Shown here in pieces: positions 62,677 through 64,000 of a DNA stretch of 64,000 nucleotides. Every line of letters starts with the position of its first letter. Positions within the stretch are counted from its first letter, which is position 1. The notes below the pieces were generated by a model. It was not told the DNA's origin and did not search any database. It worked only from the letters and a program-made list of their open reading frames with translations. The DNA comes from a virus (Duplodnaviria > Heunggongvirae > Uroviricota > Caudoviricetes): IMG/VR virus record IMGVR_UViG_3300042006_000037, one strand, 5' to 3'. Made by a program: the position numbers and the translations under genes.

Positions 62677-62898
62677 GATATGGAATGGGAAGCATTCGCA
62701 TTTGATAATCGGAACGCTATTCATTCTCATTCAAGACAGGGAACAGGATTGGTTCTTATTCCTATTCTAAAAACAATGTGCGTTTGTATCGGGCACACTC
62801 TGGCCTTCGGAATCCCGACGACAATTGAATACTACAGTGAGTTTAGCACAAATACAACACTTATTTTAATGCGTGTCGATAATCATTTGCATTCGTAG
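62677..62898 (+). CDS. possible small membrane protein, 73 aa
   Basis: Canonical SD AGGAGGTGAT precedes ATG 62677 (internal Met of listed ORF 62602..62898). Hydrophobic segment GLVLIPILKTMCVCIGHTLAFGI. Otherwise weak evidence. Confidence 0.3.
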   Translation, partial: DMEWEAFAFDNRNAIHSHSRQGTGLVLIPILKTMCVCIGHTLAFGIPTTIEYYSEFSTNTTLILMRVDNHLHS

Positions 62899-63095
62899 AA
62901 TAACGTCCACCCTCCCTGTTTTGTACTCCAGTGTCTGCGCTTTCGCGTTTCGTTCCTGCACTTGTATAATAGCAAACCCGTAGAACAATGCAACACCTTT
63001 TCTAAAATTATTTTGCTTGACTTCCTTTGTTGTTGTGCTATTCGCGTGCACCCGTTCCTCTATATACAAGGCTGAAAAGAATTTGAAAAAGATGC

Positions 63096-63123
63096 TTGAC
63101 GCCTTCTCTAAATGCTGTAGACT
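63096..63123 (+). promoter_or_regulatory. sigma70 promoter (TTGACG-16-TAGACT) sharing a motif with the 63575 promoter
   Basis: cttgacgccttctctaaatgctgtagact versus cttgaccattctctaaatgtctgtagaat. The spacer is near-identical. Confidence 0.5.
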
Positions 63124-63161
63124 TCACATATCGAAAGCAAACAAGCTTAAGGAATCATGTA

Positions 63162-63566
63162 ATGAAAATCACAGAACAGCAAATCCAATCATTTATCGAA
63201 GGCTACTTGACAGAAGCTCTGTGGTCGTCTACCGATACCTTACCGGGTGCGGACGATACTCAAGTCAACCTTGATGATTTTGATTGGGCTCCCGGTGAAT
63301 CTGATAAGTTGGAAGACGATTGTCTTGACTTCATTAACAGTAATACCGCCGACTTGCTAGAGTATGCTGATAAGAAAAGCCATGCTCCCGGTTATGACGC
63401 CTTTGAGTGTGCTGGTCATGACTTCTGGCTTACACGCAATGGTCACGGTTCTGGATTTTGGGATCGGGGCTTGGGTGAGCTTGGAAACCGTCTGACAGCA
63501 GTAAGCAAAGTGTATGGCAGTGTTAATTTGTATTTGGGTGATGATGGATTGGTTTACGTTGGTTAA
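63162..63566 (+). CDS. hypothetical strongly acidic protein, 134 aa
   Basis: ATG at M23 of listed ORF 63096..63566, downstream of the promoter. Confidence 0.45.
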   Translation: MKITEQQIQSFIEGYLTEALWSSTDTLPGADDTQVNLDDFDWAPGESDKLEDDCLDFINSNTADLLEYADKKSHAPGYDAFECAGHDFWLTRNGHGSGFWDRGLGELGNRLTAVSKVYGSVNLYLGDDGLVYVG

Positions 63567-63574
63567 ATAAAAGC

Positions 63575-63602
63575 TTGACCATTCTCTAAATGTCTGTAGA
63601 AT
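63575..63602 (+). promoter_or_regulatory. sigma70 promoter (TTGACC-16-TAGAAT, TG-extended)
   Basis: Same architecture and spacer as the 63096 promoter. Confidence 0.5.
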
Positions 63603-63636
63603 GGTCAACACCAAACAAGCAAACGGGAATAAGAAC

Positions 63637-63948
63637 ATGAAAGCTTCTGAACTGTTGACACTAGCACTTACAAAATACGAGAATTCTTCTTACATGTGCC
63701 ACGAACTGGAACATTGTGCAAACGACGGAACACCTGAAACGCGTAATGCGTTGGCTTTGCTGGACGATAAAATTTACTGGATACTAAGACAACATCATAC
63801 AATTGTTTTACATAATGTTTTGAGATACACCAATAAGAAATACGAAGGGTATAGCCATCGTTATGGTTGGTCGTCTAACGTCTGCTACAAAATGCGTGTT
63901 GTATTCTGGCAAGACATGATTGCAGAGCTGAAAGCCGAAGGCTTGTAA
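63637..63948 (+). CDS. hypothetical protein, 103 aa
   Basis: ATG at M13 of listed ORF 63601..63948. Confidence 0.45.
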   Translation: MKASELLTLALTKYENSSYMCHELEHCANDGTPETRNALALLDDKIYWILRQHHTIVLHNVLRYTNKKYEGYSHRYGWSSNVCYKMRVVFWQDMIAELKAEGL

Positions 63949-64000
63949 ACTTCTTATAACCCACTAAACATAAAGAGTTTGTAATGAAATTGATTCACGG

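Noticed and set aside
62459-62770. 103-aa plus-strand ORF starting inside the terminator hairpin
   Set aside because: The start lies within the terminator stem, there is no SD, and the translation is junk-like. Only the downstream SD-preceded segment 62677..62898 is kept, as a low-confidence CDS.
1-64000. Search for CRISPR arrays, rRNA genes, integrase/repressor genes, attachment sites
   Set aside because: No regularly spaced direct repeats, no rRNA-like segments, and no tyrosine/serine recombinase or CI-like repressor motifs were seen. The element looks virulent rather than temperate.

Overview
The window is 64 kb of contiguous double-stranded DNA phage sequence. It looks like a virulent siphovirus with about 43-45% GC. 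I saw no integrase, repressor, rRNA or CRISPR array. All protein similarities quoted below come from reading the translations by eye against remembered family motifs; nothing was searched against a database.

The window falls into three transcription blocks:
- **Block 1 (1 to ~21.7 kb, rightward, late/structural).** It runs from the 3' end of a head gene through a putative decoration protein, a lambda gpE-like major capsid protein, four connector/completion genes, the major tail protein, and a G/G-T-type tail chaperone pair carrying a GGGAAAC -1 frameshift site. Next come a 1326-aa tape measure protein and a lambda-type tail tip cassette gpM-L-K-I-J, interrupted by two paralogous inserted genes between M and L. 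The block ends with a side tail fibre that has a long Ala/Ser-rich repeat, a SAR endolysin, a pinholin-like protein, overlapped i-/o-spanins and a convergent terminator.
- **Block 2 (~21.7 to 29.4 kb, leftward, early).** This is an operon of about 23 mostly tiny, translationally coupled genes (ATGA/TGATG overlaps). It includes an Rnl5-type ATP-dependent RNA ligase and a UvrD-like SF1 helicase, and is driven from a back-to-back divergent promoter pair at ~29.5 kb.
- **Block 3 (29.5 to 64 kb, rightward, early/middle).** It is punctuated by at least 14 near-consensus sigma70 promoters (TTGACA, 16-18 nt spacer, TAGAAT/TATAAT, many with TG-extended -10) and rho-independent terminators. It contains the following, in order:
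  - a ~330-nt promoter-proximal noncoding segment (candidate ncRNA);
  - an atypical tRNA-like element;
  - an SPFH(band-7) lipoprotein / NfeD-like / membrane-protein operon;
  - a T7 gp4-like primase-helicase with a TTG start, a free-standing HNH endonuclease, a family-B DNA polymerase and an SSB-like protein with a DDDIPF tail;
  - a T7 gp6-like exonuclease, a second HNH, a DEDD exonuclease with an HTH, and dUTPase;
  - a ThyX-fold protein whose RHR motif is replaced by THN, and class I RNR beta and alpha (alpha without ATP cone);
  - an orphan beta-helix depolymerase/tailspike-like gene far from the tail module;
  - a conspicuously GC-rich mosaic insert encoding a DnaJ-type zinc-finger protein;
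  - a repeat-containing noncoding region.

I derived these coordinates by hand, so they may be off by a few nucleotides.
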